Positions 35,387 through 49,439 of a stretch of DNA of 64,000 nt are shown here, in pieces. This DNA comes from Eledone cirrhosa (taxonomy: Eukaryota), in assembly GCA_964016885.1 (NCBI GenBank), contig OZ024745.1:54250001-54314000 (forward strand), given 5' to 3'. The position numbers were made by a program, and so were the translations under genes. The first letter of the stretch is position 1; every line of letters begins with the position of its first letter. Below the pieces are notes generated by a model that worked only from the letters and a program-made list of their open reading frames with translations, was not told the DNA's origin and searched no databases.

Positions 35387-35790
35387 GCCGCTGGTGCTTC
35401 TGCTGCTGCTGTTGCTGTCACCGCCGCCGCACCTACTACTGCAACTACTACAATAACAACATCAACAGCAACAACAAAAGCAACAGCAAATAGAACGACA
35501 ACGATAAAAGAAAGAAATGACAGCTTCTACGAAGCTGTAATATCAACTAGAGCATTAAGGTGGGGGTAGAAGTGACTGTAACAACAACAGTAACAACAAA
35601 AATAGGGGTAACAGCTATTACAACAGTAATAACAACTGTAACAACAAAAGTAGGTAGTAACAGTCATTTCTATAGCCATCACTACTACCATCACCGTTAC
35701 CATTATCATCTCCAGCATTATTACAACAACAACAACAACAACAACCTCAACAACAACAACAACGACAACAACAACAATGCAACTGCAATA
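35222..35790. repeat. (CTA)n/(CTG)n/(ACA)n trinucleotide low-complexity tract
   Basis: Directly visible; gives poly-T/L/Y/V ORFs. Confidence 0.93.
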
Positions 35791-36141
35791 GCAACCATGT
35801 CATAGCTATAATGGAATTTGACTGTGACTGTAAGATGCGTCAATAATGTAAAATTGTCTTTAAAATGACTACTACTTAACTTTTAACGTCTTCATTCTGC
35901 TATTTAAAGAGTTTCCTGTTTATTTTCGCTAACAGACGTTAGTAACTCTAAACGACCTACATGGAGAAGATGAAACAACGTCGACGACGACGACGACGAC
36001 GACGACGGCAACAATAACAACAACAATAACAATAAAACCCAAACACAATCAAGTAAATAAAGTGTTTGAGCAACACGAGGTAAAAATCTATCAGTAAGAG
36101 ATTCACATAACTAGGTAAATGCTACGTGTGTGCAATGAATG

Positions 36142-36198
<57 letters not shown>

Positions 36199-37024
36199 AT
36201 AGAAACACACACGCACATACTGATGCACATACACATAGACGCACACACACACACACACATTTAAATATATATTTATAAGAATTTCTTATTCTTTCGAACG
36301 CAGTAAAATAACATTTTCCTATTTCACTCAATGAAGTCTTATCTACACAATTAGTCTATGTAATAAAAGTACCAACCAAATATCCCTCAAGATCATAAAA
36401 TATCTTTTAAAAAATGCAGAAGATATTTTTATTCTAGCCACATTACTTAGTGACTATCATTTGCTGAAAAATATCAGTTGCTTTCCCCAATTTAGTGTAT
36501 AGCCATGCTTCCCTACCAATGTTTTAGACCAGCCTATGCCATAGGAGTTCCATTCTTTGTTTCATTCTGATTACTTGAATACACGTAAAGGTAGTTTCCC
36601 TCATGCGAGTACAGTCTTATATGTCTGAATTATGAACTTCCGTCAGTTTCGACGATGAGTGTTCCAGTTGTTCGATCATGAAATTAATGTTGAAATAATT
36701 GCCGGGCATTCCACAGACATGTGATTCTCAGGGAGATTCTGACACATTGCATGGTAAAACTGACCATTTGAATTAGAAGGAGAACCCATCCGATGAGCTT
36801 CGAAATAGATTTCTTATTCTGTTTAATTTCACTCACAAGGTCAGGTGATGACTCAGGGTTATAGTAAATGAAACTCGACAAACGTGTCACGTGATGGGAT
36901 CGAAGGCGGGACCTATTGACAGTGAAGCGATCTTCTTAACCATTCGTCTATGCAACGTCCACTCAGTGGATTGAACAAACAAACACACACACACATATAC
37001 ACGCATGCATGTGCACAAACACAA

Positions 37025-37134
<110 letters not shown>

Positions 37135-37364
37135 GCACACACACACACATCGTCACATAAATCCACGTCCATCCATTTGCACAGCTCTATAACATGTTCA
37201 AAGCCATCGGCTATGATTATGAATACAGTAAAATATAAATATGTGTATAGCGAAAACATTAATCGATGATAACAAATGTCCATGAAAAAACGTTTCGAAG
37301 GCAAGGAGACATACTGCCAGACTTTACGTAAAACAATACGAAGAGGAGTCAGAGGTGAAAACAT

Positions 37365-37401
<37 letters not shown>

Positions 37402-37949
37402 GAATCGTGTAGCTTGGTAAAGAATATCAAAAGTTGGTAGAACACTCCACTCAATCTGTGGAAAGATTTGGTATATAGAAGTTTATTACACTAATCTCTG
37501 GTGTCACTTAGGTACAATTGTTTTGTTAGGCTACGGCTTCAGGTCTTATACTGAGACGAGAGTTTCGTACAGCAGTCTCTATTAACGTGATTTTATAATG
37601 GTCGTACTATTGTTCTTCAAATGTGAAAACGCTCCAAGAAAAAAATGATGAAATATTGAAAAAATATTGAGTAGGGGTGTTTTAGGTGAAATCAGGTAAT
37701 TTGGGAGGTTACTAGAAAAATACATGCAACATGTCGATGAAGAACTAAAAGGAGCTAAATGCTAGATGACCAATATCTAAATGTTTGAAGCATAGGTGAA
37801 AAGGAAGAAAATAGAAACATAGTGTGGTTTAAGTTTGTAAAGAAGAGACTACATTGACTTAATTAGGAGATGACAGTGGTCAGTAGATGGAATCTGCGGT
37901 ATCTAGTGTTGTTATCCTGGTATGGAAGGAGGTTTTCCGTTCTTGAGTA

Positions 37950-38495
37950 TATATCTGTATTTGTGAGTCCTCGCGTTAAGACAATTTCCATCGTTCAGCC
38001 GTACATAAGTGTCACATAATCGAGCCATTTGAATAGGATCTAGTCATTCCACGGAGAAATTCGTACCGCTGTCCTTGATATTCCAAATGTGACTGGCGAT
38101 ATTTTTCCGGGTATCTGAAGGTTGTTTCGTAGTTTCGAAATTTCTGCGTAGGTTTTAAATTCCTGTTGGTTTGCTCGCGTCGAAGTGACCTCAGTTCATA
38201 CAAAAAGGACGCTGCGTTACATACTCAATCTCGGAAGCATGTCACTTGTTTTCTGCATGAGAAATCTAATGTATAGGATCTCATAGATTTGCTGGTGGTG
38301 TTGCGTTTCTGGTACAGGAGTAGCCATTTTTAACAGTATCTTTGTTAAAAATCTTTCTATATTTATGGCTCATAGGGAAATGCTTGTCTACAAGATCTAA
38401 GAATATGTTTTTCCTACATTGGTTTTGAAAGATATAATGCGATAATATTTTCTTTATGTGCCCTCTGTGCTCTACTGCCCATTGGAACATACCTG
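37950..38495 (-). pseudogene. Degenerate PLE fragment (RT-EN linker and GIY-YIG)
   Basis: FLDLVDKHFPMSHKYRKIFNKDTVKNGYSCTRN matches the PLE linker FL.L.DKHFP..HK..KIFN..TVK.SYSC; frameshifted. Confidence 0.7.
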
Positions 38496-41451
38496 CTAGA
38501 ATTTGTTAGCTCAACTTTCAAACGTAACGTTTTGTGTGTGTGCGCGCGCGCGTGTGTGTGTCCCCAAGAACTAGAACAATTACTTGAAGAGCTTTTTTCT
38601 AACGCTTTAACAACTCTAGCAATTCAGTACCATAATAATAAAATACGAAGATAAAGGGTAATATTATTACACTGTGGTTTCTAATGTTATATATATATAA
38701 CACGTTAGCCATTGTTTGAAAATTCGTTTAAATTCTTGCAGTTAAGTATCATCGGAAATATCGAATGTAGGTGTAATACCTTTCAATGCTGGACATTAGT
38801 AAATGTAGCTGGTCCTACTGTGCTAAGTGGCTGACCGATTATTCGTGATATAGGCGAGATACCTGGTGAGATTATAAAGTTCAGTTAGAAAAGAAGATAA
38901 GTAATTCTATACTTAAATTGAGAAGGAGAGGAAGCACACTCAGTGTGAGGTAATTGGTAGTGCAGTCACTCAGTAAACGATAGTTATGCAGTTTTAAGTC
39001 CTTTTTCGAAGAATTTTTCCTTGGTTTCTCTTTGCGATCTCAAATTAGCATTTAGATGGGTATAATGTGTAATATCGTTTACATATGTGTTAAGTGGTGG
39101 ATTGGAAGAGTCATTAGAGTCATAGAAGCTGCTCTGCGGTATTTATTCTGTCTTTGCGTTCTAATAGCAACGTATATAACGATATTAAACCCAACTTGTA
39201 TCGGGCCAAATTTTTCCCCAAGAGAACATCAATGGCTTAGAGTGCATAGATATGCATGAGCAACTACTAAGTTTTCTATAAATCCCTTGGCCAGTTCTGC
39301 ACCACAGAGAAATTTCCAGGTGTAGATCCAAGTTCTCACATGTGTACTTTTAGCTTAATTGCTATAAATTAATATTTTATCTTTTGTCCCTTACTCCTCT
39401 GGACAGCGTTTGGCTTATGTCAGTCGCTGTGACGCCGGATAGACTAGCAGTACCTTTGGTAGGTGTCAAAATTGCCCAAAGATCAAATTCAGATATAGAA
39501 AGGGGATAATCTAAAATATATGTTTATGTACACATAGATACGTACATGTTATATAGAGTCGTATATATATATTTATATATTATATATATATAATATGAGT
39601 GACGACATTACTTTGCACACCCACACATGCATACATAAACACACACGCACACACACACAAAGAAACCCACAAACACACACACATATATCTACATCTATCT
39701 CTCTCTATATATATAGAGAGATACACACACACACACAGACACACACACACATACACACACATATTTATATATATACGGCCACCCCTGCATATGTCTGCAG
39801 TCAGCCAATCTCTTCTCTATAACAACAATATTTTTAATACAGCAATATACACAAAAAAAAGCTGAGCTTGAACTGTCCAGAAACAGAGGAATAAAGAAAA
39901 TGGGAAAACAACAACAATAATAACAACAAAAATCAATGAAAAGATCATAACTCAAAATAATTCTAAACTAAAACATCTAATTCAATCTGAAAATATAATG
40001 TAAATAAAATATCTGAAGGAAAACGAATAATATGAATTTAATTAATTATATTTTGACGGCCCAGTGCTTCTTCTATATCAGAATGATAATATCGCACATG
40101 AGAACAATTCCTACATTTGTAGGTAACTCGATTGAATAGATACATGTAATTGATTGCTATTTATTATATAAATCTCGTAGAGGGGTATGGACGTGTATGT
40201 TAGTATTATTAGATATAGCTGCTAAACCTCCTTCAAATCATATTCTGCTATCTATATGATAAATGTAAGAGATTAATTACATCAGGTAGTCCTAAACATT
40301 CCTAATATTGAGGGGGAAATTATGGATGGATCCTCTGCCATTATATGTCTCAGCGGTCAGCATTGACCTGAAGCTAATCAAGGAGAACAAAAAACAATGA
40401 TCACAACGAGAATACAAATAACAACTTCAGTAACAGCCTCTATGAGATGGAAGTCCTAATCAACATCTGCAGTATTTAAACTGAGTACATAGGTTGTATG
40501 TTTTCTGTCTTCAACTTAAAAATATTTTACTTACATAAGCACAAAGCCAGAAATATCGCTAAAGGTTTCTCGATCCTTATCGGGCAGCTACTTATATGGG
40601 TTTATCTTGGATTACGTTAATACTTAACTGCTGTTGGAACTCATTTTACGGCTGAGTGAACAGGAACACCGTAAAATGGAGTACCTTTGTTGCCCAAGGA
40701 TGCTTCATGCCACTTTTTTGATTTCAAATCACAATCTTAAGATTGAGCACCCAAAATTCTAACCACTAGGTCATGTACCTTCACCAGCACCTAACCTGGG
40801 CGGATGATATGCAAATTCGGCATCAGTACTATTGTAAATGGTAGTACAATGAATGTTGTGGAACAGTAGAGTATCAGGCCTTAGATGTACGAAGAAAAAA
40901 TAAAACTGAACATACAAAAATCGAAAAATAATTAATTAATTCAGAATAATCTAGTTTTAAGTAAGATGTTGTGGTACTCATGGTGGTTTTAGAGAAAGCG
41001 TAATACAACTAAAGTGGTTCCATCAGGAAAAAAATTGAAATAATAACTAAAAGATAACAACAACAATCGAAAAGGAAAACAACTAAACTATGAATTTAGT
41101 ATCTCAAAATTATTGCCAACTGATTGCTGGTTGGCTACCAATTAAATGGGTCCTGTAAATTTGTCTCGAATGCTATAAATGCCATTAAAAAATAGAAAAA
41201 ATAGTAGTCCGTATTGATTGGTTGAAAATATTGAGTGATGTTTTAGATGTTATGGTTTGATGAGTAGAGACAGAGGACAGGAAATGCCTGACAGCAAATT
41301 TGAAAGATAAAATGATGTGGACAACGAAATAAAGGGAGCGAGTGTTGAATATAATGAAAGAGTTGGCAGTAAGCCAAGTGTAAAGAAATGTATGTTGATT
41401 TAATATGGTTTAAGACTAAAAACACTCTAGATCTCATAAACACACTTCACA

Positions 41452-41548
41452 TATACATACATACATACATACATACATACATACATACATACATACATAC
41501 ATACATACATACATACATACATACATACATACATACATACATACATAC
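41452..41548. repeat. (ATAC)n microsatellite
   Basis: Directly visible. Confidence 0.95.
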
Positions 41549-41705
41549 GTAATACACACACAGAAGCAAAAACAAAAGGGAAAACAAAATTAAAGCTGCA
41601 ACAATGCTGAAAATATAAAATAGAAATATCAAAACAATGAAAAACACTAAGACATACCGATTTGATAAAGTTACAGAGTTGAGATGAAAATAAGAAACAA
41701 AAAAG

Positions 41706-41760
<55 letters not shown>

Positions 41761-42008
41761 CAAATATATATATTTCTATGTATGTATATTATACTTCCAT
41801 GAACCCTCCCTTCATTCTTTTCATTCTTTTATCTGTATATGTGTTGGTGAATATAAGCATGGATGTCAGCGTGCAAACATAATTCTGTTATGTATGCTTG
41901 TTTATATATATATATATATAGGAAAAAGGTATGACCCACTCTACTACCATAAGTATTGAGTACGCTGGTGCGTTATGGTCCATCTGGTTCCTTACCACAA
42001 TTCCATCG

Positions 42009-42060
<52 letters not shown>

Positions 42061-42063
<3 letters not shown>

Positions 42064-42520
42064 TTCAAAATATTAACAAATATAGACATTCGTGTGATCA
42101 AGTATATTTTATTATACATATTTCAGAGGTACTGAGCTATTTACAACAGTACGTCCTCATCAGATAAAATAAGATGATGCTTGACATACCTTGACTATGT
42201 TGATGGTTAAAATTCAGTCATGGCATGACTGAATTTTAACCATAGTCAAGGTATGTCAAGCATCATCTTATGACTGAATTTTAACCATCAACATAGTCAA
42301 GGTATGTCAAGCATCGTCTTATTTTATCTGATGAGGACGTACTGTTGTAAATAGCTCAGTACCTCTGAAATATTTATAATAAAATATACTTGATCACACG
42401 AATGTCTATATTTGTTAATATTTTGAATTAATATTAATAACTTCGGAAAACCATAGCAGTGGAGTGCTTCTAATCTATTGTAAAACTTTATTCATTGATT
42501 TATTCATTGAACCTTGTTTA
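42061..42520 (+). mobile_element. PLE-type inverted-arm insertion, family G
   Basis: 42061-42221 is inverted at 42270-42430; partial extra copy at 42225-42270; tail to about 42520; (TA)n flanks. Confidence 0.82.
42106..42170 (-). ncRNA. Type I hammerhead (mirror 42321-42385 on plus)
   Basis: ATTTTAT-CTGATGA-GGACGTACTG...CAGTACCTCT-GAAA-TATGTA-TA-ATAAAAT. Confidence 0.75.
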
Positions 42521-42528
42521 ACATTTAA

Positions 42529-42626
<98 letters not shown>

Positions 42627-42841
42627 CACACATATACATAAATATATATATGAGCGTGTGTGTGTGTATGTATGTATGTTTGAATGTATTCATGTGTAGA
42701 CAAATACTTATATATCACATTGTACAAGAATGCAATAAGAGAAAAGAAGGAAAAAGCAAGAAGAAAACGAAGTGGCGTAAGAGAACATTTTATATATTGT
42801 ATAAATTTGACGTAGAGTTTAACAATAAATATTTTGTGCAA

Positions 42842-43135
<294 letters not shown>

Positions 43136-43536
43136 CATATGTATATGTGTATATATGAATGCGTGTTTGTGAGTTTGTGCACCAAGAAGAAGAAAAATCA
43201 TCTATACACAGTACTGTCATCTTAGTAAAGGTTTATAATTAATTGTTCGTCCGGCATATTGCATAGTTAGTCAAACATTTTCTTTAAACTTGGTATGTTT
43301 GTGTGTTTCCCTCGATTTATATCACAAAACTCTACTGTAATTCAATTAAAAAGGTGTCATTATTATTTTAATTCAAGAAAATGTGAAATACATTTCTAGA
43401 ACCATGACTTCAGATTGAAATATATCTATGATATCTAATGATATTTTAAAATATATTATGTTAAAAACTACATAAAATATGTGAACGTTTAGGATATTGT
43501 GATTAGCTTTTATTTATATATATAGTCAGTATATAT

Positions 43537-43990
43537 AGCCAGTAGCTTGAAATGCATAGACAGTTATCCTCCGCTGCTTCTACTGGAATCCGCTAGACGG
43601 CACTAGCCATCAGCCTTTCAATAGCTGGGTTTTCAAAATGTTTATTTATTAAACATACCATTTATCTTTAGATATATGAAATTCCCATACATATATGTAT
43701 ACAGCTATGCCGAAGCTAAATTTTAATTCTACTTTTAGGTTGAGCCAACTTATACAGCTTCGTATGCAAATGAGGCTAATCAGCGCAACTACACAGGCAA
43801 AAAGACATTATATTTTCGCCTATTCCAAGTTCCAGCAGAGAGCAAGGGAAAGCACTGTTCTGATGAGAACCACTAGCTCGAAATGTATACACAGTTATCC
43901 CCGGTAGTTTCTGCTGGAATCCGCTAGACGGCGCTGGCCATCAACCTTTCAGTATTCATAGCTGGACTTTCAAAGTGTTTATTTATTATA
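43537..43990 (+). mobile_element. Retrozyme-like tandem, 331 nt period (about 1.4 units)
   Basis: GAAATGCATA at 43549 and GAAATGTATA at 43880 start ~110 bp direct repeats; hammerhead at 43854-43895. Confidence 0.6.
43854..43895 (+). ncRNA. Minimal type I hammerhead, slightly degenerate
   Basis: ACTGTT-CTGATGA-GA..TC-GAAA-TG(T/C)A-TA-(C/G)ACAGT when both tandem copies are combined. Confidence 0.65.
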
Positions 43991-43994
43991 CTGC

Positions 43995-44260
43995 ATATCT
44001 TTGGTTGAACTTGATTGTATTCCTGTGAACACAACATGCTGCGCTCTGTTTGACCTGAACTATTTGATCTATTATAGTAAATTTCCAGAGATATCAATGC
44101 TGGATAGAATTTTCATCAGGAAGTTGTTATCAACCCTGTCAAAAGCCTTGTTGAAATCAAAGTATATGACATCTGTTTTAGAGCCCTCTCACAAAGCTCT
44201 TATAAATAATCACATTGATGCGGGAGCTGCGTTAAGCAATCCCTTCAATTACGGAACCCA
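43995..44260 (-). mobile_element. CR1-like LINE reverse transcriptase fragment
   Basis: Minus strand encodes DVIYFDFNKAFDRV, the D.IY.DF.KAFD.V RT motif. Confidence 0.65.
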
Positions 44261-44379
44261 TGTTGGTTGGAGTTAATCGGATTGTTACTTCCAAGGAAGT
44301 GGTGATCTCACCACCCTCTTAAATACCTTAACGAGTGATATAGGGTGGTAATTCTCTGCAAGGGACTTGTTCCCTTATT

Positions 44380-45220
44380 GAAAACTGGGACAACAGCCTG
44401 GGACAGGAAGGTTTTCAGGGGTATAGCCAGCGTCCAATAAGTTCCTCCACGGATTAGCTAGAGGAGATGCAGGCTGGTGTCGACACACCTTCCGGACACT
44501 AACAAGGAATATATCGGGGGCCTACTGCTGAAATGCAATATCTATATTCGCAAATGTCTAGGTTGGCTACGAACGTTTGCATAGGCAAATTGAAGTTTTG
44601 TAAAGAAGAACACTGCAAAGCAACCACAGTAAGAAGATAGATTCCAAATGTGAGGGGATTTAGGAGGTTTAGCTGATCTGGATGGCAAATACCATTCCCT
44701 CGTTTTCAACAAAATAACACTTGACCTCGTCTTGTTGGGTAAGGAAAGGAATGTTGTAAAGATGGTGGAGTTAACAATCTCTTGAGATGCAAACTTCGAG
44801 GATGAATTCAACAAAAATATCACGATAGGAACCATCATGTTTCCTTGTAGAAATAGATGACAAGGGATTAGTCCCTTGGAGGGTTGACTCGTTGCTAAGA
44901 GCACTTGGCGTGACGGCTAAAGGAAACAAATTTCGAGGGCATTATCTGAATGAGCTGCAAAAGCGATGTACAGCACTTAGCTTAAAAAAGAAAATGGTGT
45001 GCCTGACTATCACTCGGAGTCACAACCTGACTCACCTAAGATTATGCAATTGTGCAGCAGTTTCGTCACCTAACTTGGAAGTTGGCTCCTAGTAGTTCCG
45101 GTGTCACGCCGGAAGGGAACAAAACGCCTAACATGTTTCTTCACCGCCTGTTGAAACATCGAATCCTGCATCCGGAGATGGAGTACAACATCACATTCAG
45201 AACGTAAGTGTATATACCAA

Positions 45221-45222
<2 letters not shown>
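44380..45222 (+). mobile_element. Decayed RLE-type (Hero-like) non-LTR retrotransposon 3' end
   Basis: ADLDGK...DLVLLGKERNVVKMVELTIS*DANFED and LLRALGV...RALSE*AAKA resemble the PDLVL...IELTVPWE.N.E restriction-like endonuclease C-terminus; ends at (TA)n. Confidence 0.55.
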
Positions 45223-45278
<56 letters not shown>

Positions 45279-45368
45279 CAAATTTATACGGAAACAAAAC
45301 AGAGAGACAGACAAAAATATATATATATAGTAAAAATGCAACAAAAATGGTTATAAGAGTTCCATATA

Positions 45369-45434
45369 TTTTACTATACGTATTTCGAATACAAAATCAT
45401 CCTGGGAGAGATGTTGTGTTCTCTTCAGATAAAA
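45369..45434 (-). ncRNA. Type I hammerhead in the inverted pLTR
   Basis: TTTTAT-CTGAAGA-GAACACAACATC...GATGATTTTGTATTC-GAAA-TACGTA-TA-GTAAAA. Confidence 0.82.
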
Positions 45435-45593
45435 AATAAGGTACAATGATATGCACTTGTTTATAGGAAAATGCTAAGTCTACATATGACAGAAATATAT
45501 GTGTTAATACTATAGTAAGAAATAGATAGGAAAAGAGAAAGGAAAGAAGAAGAGAAAAAAGGAAAAAGAGAGAGAAGAAAGAAAAAAGAAGGA

Positions 45594-45650
<57 letters not shown>

Positions 45651-45776
45651 TTGATCAGGGACGCTGTCAAATTGAAAACAGCTGTAAATAACGGTTAAAA
45701 AATGAATTGATGATGTGTATGTGCGAATATTATAGAAGGTATTCAAATATTACAGGTCTAAATATAGAAACTGGCT

Positions 45777-45870
45777 GGGGTTGACTTTGCCTTTCATCCT
45801 TAGAGGTCGATAAAATAAAGTACCAGTAATGCACTGGATAATTGCTGGCCTTGTGCCTAAAGTAGAAACA
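45777..45870 (+). mobile_element. Truncated SINE present only in the left arm
   Basis: SINE 3' half; the right arm reads through the site uninterrupted at about 48115-48135. Confidence 0.85.
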
Positions 45871-46029
45871 ATTATTTTATATTGGGTTTAAATACTAAAA
45901 ATTGGTTTAAGATGTGTAAAAATGTATTAATAAAATAAATATGAAAAGATTTTTATAGAATAAAATAGTCTATCTATGTCAAATTTAATAATTTCTAGTA
46001 AAAATATATATTTAAGTTTTATTTTATGG

Positions 46030-47707
46030 TTGGGTTCATCTGAAGTAATAGACTGGTTCAATGACCTAAAAAATCAAAACAAACTGTAATTTATTCAATT
46101 AGGCATTGGTAGCTATTACTCTTCTATTTCTCCTTCACTCCTAAACAAGGCTCTCTTATGCTTTAAAATATACGGACATTACTAGTGATGAAATAAACAT
46201 CATTCTCACCGCTAGGAAAACCATCTTGGAATTTAAGAACGAATATTGGACAAGAGCGCATACTTCCAACAATTTCGACATCACCATGGGTTCTTCGGAT
46301 TCAGCTCAACTGACCGACTTAGTTGGAATTTTCATCTTGAATTCTTTAAACTGGAAAATACCCCAACTTTGCGGTGGGACTTATCGTGATGATGCTCTCT
46401 TTACTGTCTCTAATTGTAACACTGTAAACTTTAATATACTTAAGAAAAAAATACTTGATCTATTTAACCATCTTAACTTAAAAATTGAATTCGAGAATAA
46501 CGATAAACTAGCAAATTTCATTGATATATCCCTTAATCTAGATACCGGCCTATATTACCAATATCATAAGGATAATGAGAACTTAAATTACGTTAACTTT
46601 AAATCTAACCACCCTAATGACGTTAAAACTGCCATAGTCAAAAGCGTAGAAAAAAGAATTTATAATTTATCCTCTAATAGGAATATCTTCGAAGTTAATG
46701 CCAACTATTATAATAATGCGCTATCTAGAGCTGGATATCTAGACAGAATTAGGTATTCCAAAGAACATAATCTTAGTAGAGGTTATAATAACTCTAGTAA
46801 TGTAGCTAGTAATAATCATACTGCTAACAAAAGGAAGAGACCTAGATATAAAAATATTCTTTGGTACAACGCTCCCTTCTCTCTTTCCGTTATTAATAAT
46901 ATCCCTAAATTATTTTTAGGGCATTACATAACAGCTCCTCTCCTTCACATACATATAGCAAGATTTTCAATAGGCATACTATTAAATTCTCGTATTCTAC
47001 TACTTCGAACATTTCAAAAATTATCTCAAGACATAATTCTAAAATATTAAATAATAACTCATATGCATCCAACCACGAGAGTCATAATAATAACAGTATA
47101 AGGCCCGACGTCGATGTAAACTCTAGTCAAAATAATAAGTATAATACGACGTCAAACGTAACTTTGAGGAATGCTTCAAATAGTAATGTAAATCTAGAAA
47201 CTTTAGTACCTCTTTTAGTTAATTCCACCACTCCTGATGGTAATATAATTAATCCTGGGCCACTTGCCAATACCTCTGTAAATAATCTTAATCGTAAATG
47301 CAACTGCCCTATTAGAACTAATTGTCCTCTTAGTAATTTCTGTCTCGATAAAAACCTAGTATACGAATGTAAAGTGGTAACCAGTACCAATTCCTATACC
47401 TACATTGACTCTACTTCTACCTCCTTTAAAGCAAGATTCTATAATCCTTTTTCTACGTTTAAATCTCCACTTAAAAGGATTATCAGAACTTATTTGGTCC
47501 TTAAAAGACAAAAACATAAATTACGAAATTTCTTGGCGTAAAATCTACAACGCATCTCCATACCTTAATGCTAGTGTTTGTAATTTATGTCTAGTTGAAA
47601 AATTTACCATTATCTCAAATTTCAACACAATAATAAATTGAAGAACCGATTTATTTGGACTTTGTAATCATAAATCCTACAAGACCTTTCACAAAATATA
47701 TAGCTGA
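46030..47707 (+). pseudogene. Penelope-like element polyprotein (RT + GIY-YIG), 5'-truncated and frameshifted; probably Naiad-type
   Basis: VIDWF, YYSSIS..LLNKAL, FDITMGSSDSAQLTDLVG, TYRDDAL, NFIDISLNL, SNHP, ILWYNAPFS, CNC..CPL...CL...LVY...YID, CNLCLVEK, LCNHK. Stops and frameshifts lie between ORFs 46226-47050, 47164-47541 and 47405-47641. Confidence 0.9.
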
Positions 47708-47983
47708 TGTCCTATAACATATTCCATGAGTCACTGTTATCCTTACACATCTTTCATTATATTCTACAATGTATTATTTTGGTTTTCTCATTATATATTA
47801 AGCCTTTGATCTTCGTTTGTATAGCCTTAGATTTTCGCTGAAACCTTCGTAGATTTTGTAAACAAAAGATGACGTCATATTATAATAGATTTTCTCTACG
47901 TTTTTTCTACGTTTATAAATCCTTCTAGCAATTTCCTTTATTTACTTGATGATATAAAATAAAACTTAAATAGTCTACTCCAC

Positions 47984-48250
47984 ATATATATTTTTACTAG
48001 AAATTATTAAATTTGACATAGATAGACTATTTTATTTTATAAAAATCTTTTTATATTTATTTTATTAATACATTTTTACAATTCTTAAACCAATTTTTAG
48101 TATTTAAACCCAATATAAAATAATATAGCCAGTTTCTATATTTAGACCTCTAATATTTGAATACCTTCTAATATTCGCACATAAACCTCATCAATTTATT
48201 TTGTAACCGTTATTTACAGCTGTTTTCAACTTGTCAGCGTCCCTGATCAA

Positions 48251-48327
<77 letters not shown>

Positions 48328-48602
48328 TCCTTCTTTTTTCTTTCTTCTCTTTCTTTTTCCTTTTTCTCTTCTTCTTTCATTTTCTTCTCTTTTCCTATAT
48401 ATTTCTTACTATAGTATTAACACATATATTTCTGTCATATGTAGACTTAGCATTTTCCTATAAACAAGTGCTATTATGTCTCATATCATTGTACCTTATT
48501 TTTTACCTGAAGAGAACACAACATCTGTCCCAGGATGATTTTGTATTCGAAATACGTATAATAAAATATATGGAACTCTTATAACCATCTTTATTTCATC
48601 TT

Positions 48603-48668
<66 letters not shown>

Positions 48669-49059
48669 TTGGTATATATACTTACGTTCTGAGTGTGATG
48701 TTGTACTCCATCTCCGGATGCAGGATTCGATGTTTCAACAGGTGGTGAAGAAACATGGTAGGCGTTTTGTTGTCTTCAGGCGTGACACGGAACTACTAGG
48801 AGCCCACCTCCAAGGTAGGTGACGAAACTGCTGCACAATTGCATAATCTTAGGTGAGTCAGGTTGTGACTCCGAGTGATAGTCAGGCACACCATTTTCTT
48901 TTTTAAGCTAAGTGCTGTACATCGCTTTTGCAGCTCATTCAGATAATGCCCTCGAAATTTGTTTCCTTTAGCCGTCACGCCAAGTGCTCTTAGCAACGAG
49001 TCAACCCTCCAAGGGACTAATCCGCTGTCATCTATTTCTACAAGGAAACATGATGGTTC
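47984..49059. repeat. Right arm of the inverted repeat (sense pLTR plus inverted copy of the left flank)
   Basis: See left arm; the pLTR tail resumes at 49060-49162. Confidence 0.92.
48501..48566 (+). ncRNA. Type I hammerhead in the 3' pLTR
   Basis: TTTTAC-CTGAAGA-GAACACAA...TTGTATTC-GAAA-TACGTA-TA-ATAAAA; one stem I mismatch. Confidence 0.78.
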
Positions 49060-49158
49060 TTTATTTCATCTTTACTATATATACTCCAGTTCTACCAACT
49101 GTTGAGTGCTCCTTGTCTGATTTATGCATAGTTTTATTGTTCTACAATATTACTCACC

Positions 49159-49218
<60 letters not shown>

Positions 49219-49298
49219 TTGGTTTATACTTTACACACACACACGCACACATATATATGTTTATGAATGCAAACACACAGACACACACAGACACACAC

Positions 49299-49439
<141 letters not shown>

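Larger units (their letters stand above)
44829..46011. repeat. Left arm of the ~1.1 kb inverted repeat around the PLE ORF
   Basis: Reverse complement of 47984-49059, apart from a SINE insertion and a ~50 bp extra segment at 45276-45328. Confidence 0.92.

Noticed and set aside
35130-35805. Mucin-like poly-Thr/Ala ORFs
   Set aside because: Pure trinucleotide repeats open in several frames; no splice or codon evidence.
47639-47641. In-frame TGA as selenocysteine (reported for some Naiad PLEs)
   Set aside because: It aligns with Lys, not Cys, in the 30.28 kb homologue. The copy has other stops and frameshifts, and I saw no SECIS.
44829-49059. DNA transposon or Polinton with long TIRs
   Set aside because: The interior encodes PLE RT and GIY-YIG, the left arm runs on into an older LINE, and no outer TSD is visible.
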